From the NCBI RefSeq assembly GCF_006345805.1, contig NC_042999.1:50468001-50532000 (forward strand): DNA of 64,000 bases, given 5' to 3'. Below, piece after piece: positions 48,896 to 60,800 of the stretch. The position numbers and the translations under genes are program-made. The notes under the pieces were generated by a model. That model was not told the origin of the DNA and did not search any database. It saw nothing but the letters and a program-made list of their open reading frames with translations. Positions within the stretch are counted from its first letter, which is position 1; each line of letters opens with the position of its first letter. The DNA comes from Octopus sinensis (taxonomy: Eukaryota).

Positions 48896-49857
48896 GCATC
48901 AAATTTTCAAATAATAGCTTAATGACACTGACCATAACAGCCTAATTAAAATAATCCACTACACCTATTTATTCACACTCCAAATTCATCATCTTAATGA
49001 GTTGACATTATTCCCACTTCTCCTCCCAGCTGCATCTTTCATTTGTCCTTTCAATTTTGTTCACACACACACACACACACCACATATTCTAAAAATATAC
49101 TTGCTTTAATTCCTAACTTGTGTTATTGTTAGCCTTTGTATTCTCTTCATCTAAATGGTGTTTGGAATTTTGCTTTGAACATAAGACATTTATAATCTGA
49201 CTATTTATATTATTTTGAATAAAAAATTAGTTATGCAGCGTATCTCATTTAACATAATGTTAAAGTCATTTAATAAAATGAAAGGAAATATTTTTATATA
49301 AATTGTTTATATTCTAAATGATTTAAACATAATAAATGATATATTGCATATATATTAATGTTATTACCATTTATAACAGGTTACTGAAGTTCAAATAAAA
49401 TTTTAAATGGTGTAAGCTCTCATAGCTGTGTATAGCACATAATAAAGTATGTTAGTAGCGTATAGGCAGTAACTAAGTACATTTCTTCATTCTGTTGTAT
49501 CCATTATGGTTTTACATTTAAAATTTGAATAATTTCAAATGTAAAACTGTAACAGATACAGCAAAATGTTTTAGTAAGAAAGCAAACAGCCTTAAATGAT
49601 ATAATCTGATGGGTATATTTATAATGTACAACAAACATCTAATGTAGTATCACTATCACAGAAAAATGTACCATTATTACAGTTATTTAAACTCTTGATT
49701 AAACATCAGTTTAGCTTGAAGAATAAATATAATTTATACTGTCATGAATATGACAATGTGTTACAACAAAGAGAAATGGGTAGTATTTAGTTTTTGTGTA
49801 TACTGTACACACATAATGTCTAGGTTTAAAAATCTGGTTAAAAAAAGGTGTGTATCA

Positions 49858-50225
49858 TATCATCATCATCATCATCATCATCGTTTAACGTCCGTTCTCC
49901 ATGCTAGCATGGGTTGGATGGTTCGACCGTGGATCTGGGAAACCAGAAGGCTGCACCAGGCTCCGGTCTTATCTGGCAATGTACCTACAGCTGGATGCCC
50001 TTCCTAATGCCAACCACTCCGTGAGTGTAGTAGGTGCTTTTTACGTGCCACCTGCACTGGTGCCAGGCGAGGCAGCCATTGGCCACGGTCGGATTGGTGC
50101 ATTTTACGTGCCACCTGCACGGAAGCCAGTCGAGGCGGCACTGGCTTCGGCCACGATTCGGATGGTGCTTTTTACGTATCTCCAGTCCAGGGGTCCTGGC
50201 ATCTGCTGGGTGCCAGTCATAGGAT
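49858..50225 (-). mobile_element. Family B element
   Basis: (CAT)n plus cgtttaacgtccg end and internal repeats. Confidence 0.85.
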
Positions 50226-50824
50226 TGGTTCCATACATGAATAAATATACTAAGCTAGATAAAGCCTTAAAACAGCCTTGTTTGGAGTGTTAAAACTAGC
50301 GTATTAACATTGTTTTAATGCAATACTGTATAACAGAATATACCTAAAAGACTTTTAACTCACACTGTATGTCTTGACACTTTGTATACAATGTCTCTGT
50401 AGACCGAAAAAGATGCATCTGCTAAATTAGTTACAAACCAGTGTTGTGATTTCATCAGCAACTAAGTAACTTCTTTAACTCTCCACAGAGACACTGCTTA
50501 TAAACCACTATTGCTAAGGGTCAAAGTAAACTGGACAGACAAATTGGCATATATAATGTTCTCTTGGCAGTGAGTTTGGTTGAAAAATTAATGTAGAATT
50601 AGCAGCAGTTGGTTTCTATGCAAACAAGGCTGTGGTGGTTAAACAGTTCACATTGCAACCAAATGGTTTTAGGATTGATCACACTGTGCAGCATCTTATG
50701 GATATGTTTTCTAATATTGCAAGAATTTGTTTGACAGAAACTGCAAAAAATTTGCATGTATATTATATATATGAGTGTTTGTGCATGGGTGTGGATGTGG
50801 GGGGTGTATGTATATTTATTTATA

Positions 50825-51036
50825 CGAGGGGGTACTGAAAAGTGCCTGGTTTTCCATAAAAGAAAATACAGGAAGATCAGTTAATTACGATTTTATGCAA
50901 CATATTCCCCTCTCAGATTCACACACTTAATTCAGTGGTCCTTCAGTTTTTGTAAGCCTTGTAAAAGAACTTGGAAGGTTGAGCCTCCAGCCAAGCCTTT
51001 TGCGATACCCTAAAAGCCAGGATTTTTTACCATCTC

Positions 51037-51040
<4 letters not shown>
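50825..51040. mobile_element. Mariner-type MITE
   Basis: TA|cgagggggtactgaaaag left TIR; homologous to 18681-18894. Confidence 0.75.
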
Positions 51041-51070
<30 letters not shown>

Positions 51071-51185
51071 AATCAAGGACGGCCATAATAGGCCATTCAC
51101 CCACTAGAAATAACAGCCAAAAGCTTTAACCGCAAAATAACATCAATTCCGTAAACCAGGAGAAATTAAAAACATTTACCCTGTA

Positions 51186-51292
51186 ATTTCTTATACGATG
51201 CACCGTTTCGTCTACTGTTTAATGGTAAACTAACCTGATTAAATTAAATCAAGCCAATCTACCATAGGCCCTTAGATTCATCAGTAAGAAAT
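51186..51292 (-). ncRNA. Type I hammerhead with long stem II extension; cleavage GUA after 51194
   Basis: Stem I AUUUCUUA/UAAGAAAU (8 bp); CUGAUGA; stem II A.C then UCUA/UAGA, 7x7 loop, 19-bp helix; GAAA; stem III ACGGUG/CAUCGU. Confidence 0.8.
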
Positions 51293-51709
51293 AGCCAAGT
51301 CGGAACAGATATTTTTCACGAGGCATTCCCGTCCCTGCCTCGGCAATATCTGACCTAAAATTTTCAAATCATCGCACTCGCGCCAAATTTATCGGCAGCA
51401 AATAAATAAAGCCGCCGATTCCTTACGGAATTAACCAGAAAATTCATAATTAATCAATATAGGGTGGCAAAAAAATTTTGTAGAATTTTTTTGCCACCAG
51501 CGGCCTAGTGGGAAAAAATTAAATAGTCATAGACCATGGTGATCCCTGCTGTACTCTTTCGCCACAACTTTCTCTCACTTTTTCTTCTGTTGGCTTGCTC
51601 GCTTAGCCAGCGAGGTGGCATCATTTGAAGGCTAAGACAATGTGAAGTGCCTTATGACCAGTGATGTGTAGCAACATCTGTTGGCCTGGGTAGTCACGTG
51701 ATATATATG

Positions 51710-51743
<34 letters not shown>

Positions 51744-52038
51744 GGGTATGTGTATGCGTATATATGTATATTTTTATGTGTGTATAAAATTGGATATTGC
51801 ACATTATCATCACTTGAGTGAACCAGTGGTAATGCTGACATCATGACCAGTTAGTCTGTGCTTTCATAGACCTCTGGAAGCAATATCCCTTACTTAAAAA
51901 TAGTTTAACATTGACAACCATAAAACCTTAGCTCATAACAACACCTCATCCAAACCTATGTTAGCATGGGAAAACAGATGCTAAATAAATGATGAAACTA
52001 TATTACAGAATATACCTAGAGATTTTTAGTCAAAACTG

Positions 52039-52074
<36 letters not shown>

Positions 52075-52435
52075 AGACATAAAATGCATTGTCTGTATAT
52101 ACTATATCTTCATGGACAGAGAAAGAAAATAGATAAGTATTTCTTGAATATTTAGGGAGATACTGTATGAGAATAAGAATAATATTAAAGTTCTGTGAAA
52201 AAGAAATGCATTTCAAATCTATGTGCTATATTGTGTATGGAAGTTTCCAGAATATACGAAATTAATGCACATTTAGAAATGCAGTAAAGAAGGCTAATAC
52301 ACAAATCATGCTGAATTATTCCAGCATATATAGGAAAGTTTTGAAGGGCACTGAAGCAGATACAAGATAAGAAATCTTAATGTATATTGTAGAAGAATGC
52401 TATAGAAAAGGATGAGAAATCAGTCACTCAATTCA

Positions 52436-52930
52436 TCATCATCATCATCATCATTTAACGTCCGCTTTCCATGCTAGCATGGGTTGGACGGTCCATGCTA
52501 GCATGGGTTGGACGGTTCAACTGGGGTCTGGGGAGCCCGAAAGCTGCACCAGTCCAGTCAGATCTGGCAGTGTTTCTACAGCTGGATGCCCTTCCTAACG
52601 CCAACCACTCCGAGAGTGTAGTGGGTGATTTTATGTGCCACCGACACAGGTGCCAGACGAGGCTGACAAACGGCCACGCTCGATGGTGTTTTTTTATGTG
52701 CCACCGACACAGGTGCCAGACGAGGCTGGCAGACGGCCACGCTCGGATGGTGTTTTTTTATGTGCCACCGAGACAGGTGCCAGACGAGGCTGGCAGACAG
52801 CCACGCTCGGATGGTGTTTTTATGTGCCACCGACACAGGTGCCAGACGAGGCTGGCAGACGGCCACGCTCGGATGGTGTTTTTATGTGCCACCGACACAG
52901 GTGCCAGATGAGGCTGGCAAACGGCCAAAT
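52436..52930 (-). mobile_element. Young family B element with ~5 internal ~59-bp repeats
   Basis: Nearly identical, in inverted orientation, to 57850-58328. Confidence 0.9.
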
Positions 52931-53696
52931 TGTCAGTAAAAAATTCTATCAATAAATACAAATGGTCTAATAACGCTGGTTATCTACAAACCAATGAGAG
53001 AGCGTCCATTTATTTACTTGATCTGCTAAATATAGCAACCAAAACTGCCACTAAACTTTGAAATTTAGACCAGCTAATAACTATTTCATGGGAGGACATT
53101 TATAATATACAAACAGGATGACCAAGATAAGAACACTGATTAAGTGCCTGTTTTGTTGGTTCTTAGTAGAGAGAGGATCCTGTCTCCACTAATGAGGAAA
53201 TGCAATCTATAGAAGTATGTGACCCCTGTCAGTATCAAGCTATTGAAAGGCCTCAAGGTCCAGGTTGGAACCTGGCCATAAACAAACAATTGGTTCTCTG
53301 TATACCATAGAGTAAACTAGAACTACTTAACACATTAAACACGGTTTCCAGAATCCTGAGCAATCAAGAAAATGGATTTAGACCTAATTGTTTATTGATG
53401 CAATGTGCGTTCGAGATGACATGACTAGAATTAAAAATATAAAGCATTTATAAGCCTTCGAAGAGAACAAACCTAGATTTAACAATTGAGGAAATTCATT
53501 AACATTCTCAAGAACAGAGTTAACCTTAACAATTTAAAATGTTTATTAGAACTCAAGGAAATAGACCTAGGGTAAACAATTTAAGAAGTTCATCAGTATT
53601 CATGAGAAGAGTTAGACCTAACAATTTAAAAAGACTTAATTCAAGAAAACAGATCCAGTCATAACAATTTTATAAGTTCATTCGCATTCATACTAG

Positions 53697-54108
53697 ACAT
53701 AGGAGTGGCTGTGTGGTAAGTAGCTTGCTTACAAACCACATGGTTCTGGGTTCAGTCCCACTGCATGGCATCTTGGGCAAGTGTCTTCTACTATAGCCTC
53801 AGGCCGACCAAAGCCTTTTGAGTGGATTTGGTAGATGGAAACTGAAAGAAGCCCGTCGTATATATGTATATATATGTATGTATATGTGTGTGTATATGTT
53901 TGTGTGTCTGTTTGACATAGCTTGACAACCGATGCTGGTGTGTTTACATCCCCGTAACTTAGTGGTTCGGCAAAAGATTCCGATAGAATAAGAGACCAAT
54001 AGAATAATTGCTAGGCTTACAAAGAATAAGTCTTGGAGTCGATTTGCTCGACTAAATGCGGTGTTCCAGCATGGCCACAGTCAAATGACTGAAACAAGTA
54101 AAAGAGTA
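53697..54108 (+). mobile_element. SINE family A
   Basis: Full head and tail. Confidence 0.9.
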
Positions 54109-54944
54109 ATTCAAGGGAAGTATCCTTGTCCTATCAAAACTGTGAATGACTAATAGAAATGCAGCTCACATTAAATGTATCATGAATGTTTGACTAATGT
54201 AGTTATTTATCTTCTAGTGTCCTGATGGTGTCTGAGTCACAAATCTTCTACTAAATAATTTGCTCCATCATTCCTCATTCGAACTCTTATATGACCATTC
54301 CGAAATATAATGGTCATAAAAAATCTTGCACAACAAATATTTAAACGTATATTCTCTTTATTGTTAAGTCAAAGTCAAAAATATAATAATAAAGAGAATG
54401 TTTAGAATATAATAATGGAGTTGAAGAAATGGTACAACAGCGCCATTCTAAACTATATACAGTAATGGCAAGCAAAATGATAAAATAGTGTCATCCAAAA
54501 AAATACAACTAATTGTATAGGTAAAATATCAAGGTACAAAAGTGCCAAACTAAATGCTTTAATTTTGCCTTTAATTCTTTTAGGGGTCAATAAAATAGGT
54601 ATCCATCAGGTTTATTTAATTTACTCTGGTCCTACTTTGTCCTGAGAAGTTCCCAATTTTCTGACAAATCCAGAAGTCGTTATAATTGTTCCACCATAGC
54701 AAAATTACAATAGCTGAAAGTAGCTAAAGAATAAATTTGTATTAAATTTTTAAAATACATATCACCAACAGAGGTGATATTAATAGCAAGAAGTAATATT
54801 TATCCTCACTTAAACATCAATGTTCTGTGACAAAATAACTATACTGTTGTAGCTACCAGGACAGAAAATACAAAAGCCAATATAAAAGTGTCTCTCATGG
54901 TAACTGCTACAAAATAGTTTTTCTAACACAACATCCACATCTAA

Positions 54945-55358
54945 TTACTCTTTTACTATTTTACTTGTTTCAGTCATTTGACTGTGGCCATGCTGGAGCA
55001 CCACCTTTAGTCGAGCAAATCGACCCCAGGACTTATTCTCTGTAAACCTAGTGCTTATTCTATCAGTCTCTTTTACCGAACCGCTAAGTTACGGGGACGT
55101 AAACACACCAGCATCGGTTGTCAAGCGATGTTGGGGGGGGACAAACACAGACACACAAACACACACATACATATATATATATATATACATATATATGATG
55201 GGCTTCTTTCAGTTTCTGCCTACCAAATCCACTCACAAGGCTTTGGTCGGCCCAAGGCTATAGTAGAAGACACCTGCCCAAGGTGCCACGCAGTGGGACT
55301 GAACCCGGAACCATGTGGTTCGTAAGCAAGCTACTTACCACACAGCCACTCCTACGCC
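54945..55358 (-). mobile_element. SINE family A
   Basis: Full length, reverse orientation. Confidence 0.9.
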
Positions 55359-55587
55359 TAACTGGGGATAAATATTACCTCTCTATAGTTAAAAAGTACC
55401 TATTTCAAACCAATTCATTTCTTTTGCAAAAATTATATCATTGAAAGAGTATGGATGTTATGCAGTCCCATTTGTCTTCATTTACAAAGCCAAAGCTTTA
55501 TACATATATTTTCAGTCAGAGGAATTAAGTATATATTAATCTGAATTTAAATATATAATACCAGTGACAAAGTTAAAATTGAAATCA

Positions 55588-56008
55588 GGTGCAGGAGTGG
55601 CTGTGTGGTAAGTAGCTTGCTCACCAACCACATGGTTCTGGGTTCAGTCCCACCGCATGGCACCTTGGGCAAGTGTCTTCTACTATAGCCTTGGACCGAC
55701 CAAAGCCTTGTGAGTGGATTTGGTAGACGGAAACTGAAAGAAGCCCATCATATATATATACATATACATATATATATATATGTATGTATGTGTCTCTTTA
55801 TGTTTGTGTGTCTGTGTTTGCCCCCACCAACATCGCTTGACAACCAATGCTGGTGTGTTTACGTCCCCGTAACTTAGCAGTTCAGCAAAAGAGACTGATA
55901 GAATAAGTACTAGGTTCACAAAGAATAAGTCCTGGGGTCGATTTGCTCGACTAAAGGCGGTGCTCCAGCATGGCCGCAGTCAAATGACTGAAACAAGTAA
56001 AGAAGTAA
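55588..56008 (+). mobile_element. SINE family A
   Basis: Full length. Confidence 0.9.
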
Positions 56009-56228
56009 AACCTTTTGATTCAGTGATAAAGAAACTTTGCCATGCTACTACTACCTACTGTGTCTGATAACTGTTTACTTATGTTAAAGAAAGTATTTAC
56101 TCTTTCAATAGAAATAAAGGCAAAATATAATTTGCAGCTTCATTTCGTTGAAGAAAATTAGGAGAAGATATTTTGGTTTCATAAAAATACAAAATACTAG
56201 ATTAAGTTAATAAATAAAACCAACTAAA

Positions 56229-56455
56229 AATTGCAGCGTGGAAGGTATTTGTAAGCCATTTAAGAAACACACAAAAGCCGTTCAATTCACTTCAACATTT
56301 AAGTTTAATTTGTCGAAATATTTTCGTCGCTTTAAGACCACGTTCTGTTCACTGTGTGTTTCTTAAATGGCTTACAAACACCTTCCACGCTGCAATTGTT
56401 TTCGTTTCAGCACACGATCTCAGATCAAGTCACTTGCTATGCAAGTACATCTCCA
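56229..56455. mobile_element. 5'-inverted copy of the G3:C8 HHR family (truncated HHR at 56308-56354, minus strand)
   Basis: 56229-56353 is reverse-complement and 56354-56455 is direct relative to 56811-57012; 44-bp arms. Confidence 0.75.
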
Positions 56456-56774
56456 TAACAACTAAAAATTGATGAGTATCTAATATTAGCTTCAAGATAA
56501 AAGAAACTATGAAATTATTAATTAGTGTATATTGATGAAAACATAGGCACAGATGTGGCTAAGGAGACTGGTTCACATCCTTGTTGGTTCAAGTTTGCTT
56601 TTAATTGTTCATCACACTGGGCAAGTGTCTACTACTATAGTACTATAACTGCAAGGTGATCAACGTAAGCACGGATACCAGTCATGCAGTGCTGGCATCG
56701 AATTTGATTTCGATTTCACTTGCCTCAACAGGTCTTCGCAAGCAGAGTTTAGTGTCCAATGAAAGAAAGGTACA

Positions 56775-56810
<36 letters not shown>

Positions 56811-56814
<4 letters not shown>

Positions 56815-57012
56815 GCATGGATTTTTGTCAGTGAACAGGTCGCGGTCTTATAGCGACGAAAATATTTTGACAAATTAAACTTAAATGTTGAAGTGAATCG
56901 AACGGCTTTAGTGTGTTTCTTAAATGGCTTACAAACACCTTCCACACTGCAATTGTTTTCGTTCCAGCACACGATCTCAGATAAAATCACTTGCTATGCA
57001 AGTACATCTCCA
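56811..57012 (+). mobile_element. ~200-bp HHR-bearing element between (TA)n runs
   Basis: Second copy at 56229-56455. Confidence 0.75.
56824..56874 (+). ncRNA. Type I hammerhead with swapped G3:C8 core (GUGAACA); cleavage UUU after 56867
   Basis: TTTGTCA GTGAACA G GTCGC-GGTCTTATA-GCGAC GAAA A-TA-T T T TGACAAA: 7-bp stem I, 5-bp stem II, palindromic stem III AATATT. Confidence 0.75.
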
Positions 57013-57027
57013 TATATATATATATAT

Positions 57028-58328
57028 CATCATCATCATCATCATCATTTAACGTCCGCTTTCCATGCTAGCATGGGTTGGACGGTTCAACTGGGGTCTG
57101 GGGAGCCCGAAGGCTGCACCAGGCCAGTCAGATCTGGCAGTGTTTCTACAGCTGGATGCTCTTCCTAACGCCAACCACTCCGAGAGTGTAGTGGGTGATT
57201 TTATGTGCCACCGACACAGGTGCCAGACAAGGCTGGCGAACGGCCACATATATCGGTGGCACATAAAAACACCTTCCGAAGACCCGGCAAGACTAGTCAG
57301 TCCACCTGTGCATACCTTCCTTCCTTCTTGTGACGCTTGTGAAGACCGGTTGAGGCAAGTGAAAATCAAATCAAATCAAATCAAAATAGACAAAATAGAT
57401 GAACATCAATGGAATTTGTATCTTGTGGTACCAGTGCCTGTGGCACACAAGAAATCCATCAGTGCCGTAGTCAGTGCGGTGGGCACATGACAAACACCAT
57501 CCGATCGTGGCCGTTCGCCAGCCTCATCTAGCACCTGTGTCGGTGGCACATAAAAACACCATCCGAAGACCCGGCAAGACTAGTCAGGCCATAACCCATG
57601 GCCCCTACCTGGGACGTAGTCAGTCCACCTGTGCATACCTTCCTTCTTGTGACACTTGTGAAGACCTGTTGAGGCAAGTGAAAATCAAATCAAAACAAAT
57701 CAAAATAGATGAACATCAATGGAATTTGTATCTTTTTGTATCTTTGTGGTACCAGTGCCGGTGGCACGTGGCACATAAGAAAACCATCCGAACGTGGCCG
57801 TAGCCAGTACCGCATCGACTGGCCTCCGTGCTGTGGGCACGTAACAAGCACCATCCGATCGTGGCCGTTTGCCAGCCTCATCTGGCACCTGTGTCGGTGG
57901 CACATAAAAACACCATCCGAGCGTGGCCGTCTGCCAGCCTCATCTGGCACCTGTGTCGGTGGCACATAAAAACACCATCCGAGCGTGGCCGTCTGCCAGC
58001 CTCGTCTGGCACCTGTGTCGGTGGCACATAAAAACACCATCCGAGCGTGGCCGTCTGCCAGCCTCGTCTGGCACCTCTGTCGGTGGCACATAAAAACACC
58101 ATCCGAGCGTGGCCGTTTGTCAGCCTCGTCTGGCACCTGTGTCGGTGGCACATAAAATCACCCACTACACTCTCGGAGTGGTTGGCGTTAGGAAGGGCAT
58201 CCAGCTGTAGAAACACTGCCAGATCTGACTGGACTGGTGCAGCTTTCGGGCTCCCCAGACCCCAGTTGAACCGTCCAACCCATGCTAGCATGGAAAGCGG
58301 ACGTTAAATGATGATGATGATGATGATG
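57028..58328. mobile_element. Head-to-head pair of family B elements with both (GAT)n tails pointing outward
   Basis: 57028-57255 is the reverse complement of 58100-58328; internal duplication ~57280-57440 vs 57560-57760. Confidence 0.85.
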
Positions 58329-58659
58329 ATATATATATATATATATGCTGCGCCTTTTCATTGATAGCATGTAGTCTAGTGATCAGGTTGTTGGGTTCAC
58401 AACCTTAATGCCATGGGTCAAAATTCTGGATAAGATTGAACAAGATATATTTTATTACCCATTGCTTCAGTCTACTCCACAGAAAAATTTCTACCAGTCA
58501 AGAGATGTTGGCGCTCTTGTTCCCTCCAGGAGTCACATCCATGATGTTTTATTGGGTCAGTGATGGGACAGCCAGGCTGCTACCTATGTTTAGTTGCAAG
58601 AGAATCTTAGATAATTATACATGCCACTAAGCCATACTTGCTTGTGATTGACAGTAATG

Positions 58660-59010
<351 letters not shown>

Positions 59011-59394
59011 TGGTATACAGAGTGAAATAAATCAATACTTGCTCTATATAAATTTTTTTGAAATACACATTTAACTGCTGGACATATGTTTACGATAGGT
59101 TCTAGTTTTTTTTTCTCTGAATATAATATTAAATTCGAAAGTAGAGGTCTTCAAAGTTTTTATCCTTGGTTCTCCAAACTAAAAACCAAGGATAAGAATT
59201 CTATTTGTGAACAAAACCTTAAACAAGATAAGAAAATGTATTATTTCATTTTTATAATCAATTTGAATTTTGCATATTTATTACCAAGATTATTGTATGA
59301 TAGTTGGTAAATGGGAATCAGTAGAGCAATTGAGCTTTCAGTTGCATATGTCGGTGCATACATGTGCATGTATTTTCATGAGAGAGTCAGTGAG

Positions 59395-59490
59395 TATGTA
59401 TGTATGTATGTATGTATGTATGTATGTATGTATGTATGTATGTATGTATGTATGTATGTATGTATGTATGTATGTATGTATGTATGTATG
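59395..59490. repeat. (TATG)n microsatellite
   Basis: Direct reading. Confidence 0.95.
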
Positions 59491-59527
59491 TGTATGTATA
59501 TATGAGTATGTATGTAAGTATGTATGT

Positions 59528-59857
59528 GAAGGTGCATGGCTCAGTGGTTAGAGCGTTGAGCTTACAATCATGAGGGTGTGAGCTCGAATCCTGGACCAGG
59601 CCGCGTGTTGTGTTCTTGAGCAAGACACTTTATTTGACGTCGCTCCAGTTCACTCAGCTGTAGAAATGAGCTGCGACATCACAGGTGCCAAGCGGTATCG
59701 GCCTTTGCCTTTCCCTTGGATAACACTGGTGGCGTGGAGAGGGGAGACCAGTATGCATGGGCGACTGCTGGTCTGCCATAAACAACCTTGCCCAGACTTG
59801 TGTAAGGGTAACTTTTTAGGTGCAATCCCATGGTCAGTCATGACCAAAGGGGGTCTC
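59528..59857 (+). mobile_element. tRNA-derived SINE (family D head, alternative body)
   Basis: TGGCTCAGTGGTTAGAGC A-box and GAGCTCGAATCC B-box-like; matches 24530-24855. Confidence 0.85.
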
Positions 59858-60094
59858 AGATATATGTATGTATGTATGTACATATGTATAGTCAACAGAT
59901 GAGATCCAGAGTTCCTCAGTATAGAAAACAGTAGCACTCAATAGATTTTTGCATGTATGCACAAGCATTGCAGTGTGGGGGGATGATCCACCCTGGGTGG
60001 CACTTTTGGGTCTGCTGTAAGCAATATGTGTTTCCTTTGGGGTCCAGGGGTGGCAAATGGAAGGGCTAGATTAAACATCTAAGTACAAGGCATA

Positions 60095-60163
60095 CCTGTT
60101 GATGAAGACTTCGCCTAGCAAATTATTTTATTTGCTAAAAACAGTCAGAAACCATGGTCCAGG
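60095..60163 (+). ncRNA. Type I hammerhead, core UUGAUGA; cleavage GUC after 60159
   Basis: Stem I CCTG/CAGG; stem II GACT/AGTC plus TAGCAAAT/ATTTGCTA; GAAA; palindromic stem III ACCATGGT. Confidence 0.7.
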
Positions 60164-60548
60164 AGATAGATGGTAAATGTTTTTATTTTTCATTCCCTTC
60201 GAAGTTTTATCCCTAATAGTGGTTTGGACTTTGGCTGTTCCTTCTAGCATGCAAGGAATCCTATGATGGATACCTCTTATGTGTTTAAATGTACACTGTA
60301 TTTACATGAATAATATATAGTCTATTGACTAATTTTTCTACACTCTTGGCCAATGGTAGTAAAAATATCTAAAATCTTTATTACCCTGATATTATAAATT
60401 ATTGATAATTTTTTCTGGAAAATTTTCGAAGTAACACCGGTATTATATTCTTTTGCTGCCGACAAAAATCTTCGCTTGCATGGTGGATTTGAAAAATTAT
60501 AATGTATATGCTGGATTGCCTCATACTTACATGTTTAATCTAAGCGTA

Positions 60549-60619
60549 CTTGTCGATGAAGACTTCGCCTAGCAAATTTTTTTTATTTGCTAAAAAAAAG
60601 TCAGAAACCATGGTCCAGA
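60549..60619 (+). ncRNA. Type I hammerhead, core UCGAUGA; cleavage GUC after 60615
   Basis: Second unit of the same element; same stems, weaker stem I. Confidence 0.6.
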
Positions 60620-60768
60620 AGATGGATGGTAAATGATTTTATTTTTCATTCCCTATGAAGTTTTATCCCTAATAGTGGTTTGAACTTTGGCTGTTCCTTC
60701 TAGCGTGCAAGGAATCCTATGATGGATACCTCTTATGTGTTTAAATGTACACTGTATTTATATGAATA

Positions 60769-60800
<32 letters not shown>

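Larger units (their letters stand above)
60066..60770 (+). mobile_element. Retrozyme-like element, ~1.5 units of a 456-bp monomer, with two HHRs and a 20-bp 5' inversion
   Basis: ~60095-60315 is repeated at ~60549-60770; 60066-60085 is the reverse complement of ~60524-60544; ends in (TA)n. Confidence 0.75.

Noticed and set aside
52471-58307. ORFs such as MLAWVGRFNWGLGSPKAAP...
   Set aside because: Translations of family B SINE bodies and their internal repeats.
59528-59600. tRNA-like sequences at SINE heads
   Set aside because: A/B boxes are present but the cloverleaf is incomplete and continuous with SINE bodies; they are not tRNA genes.
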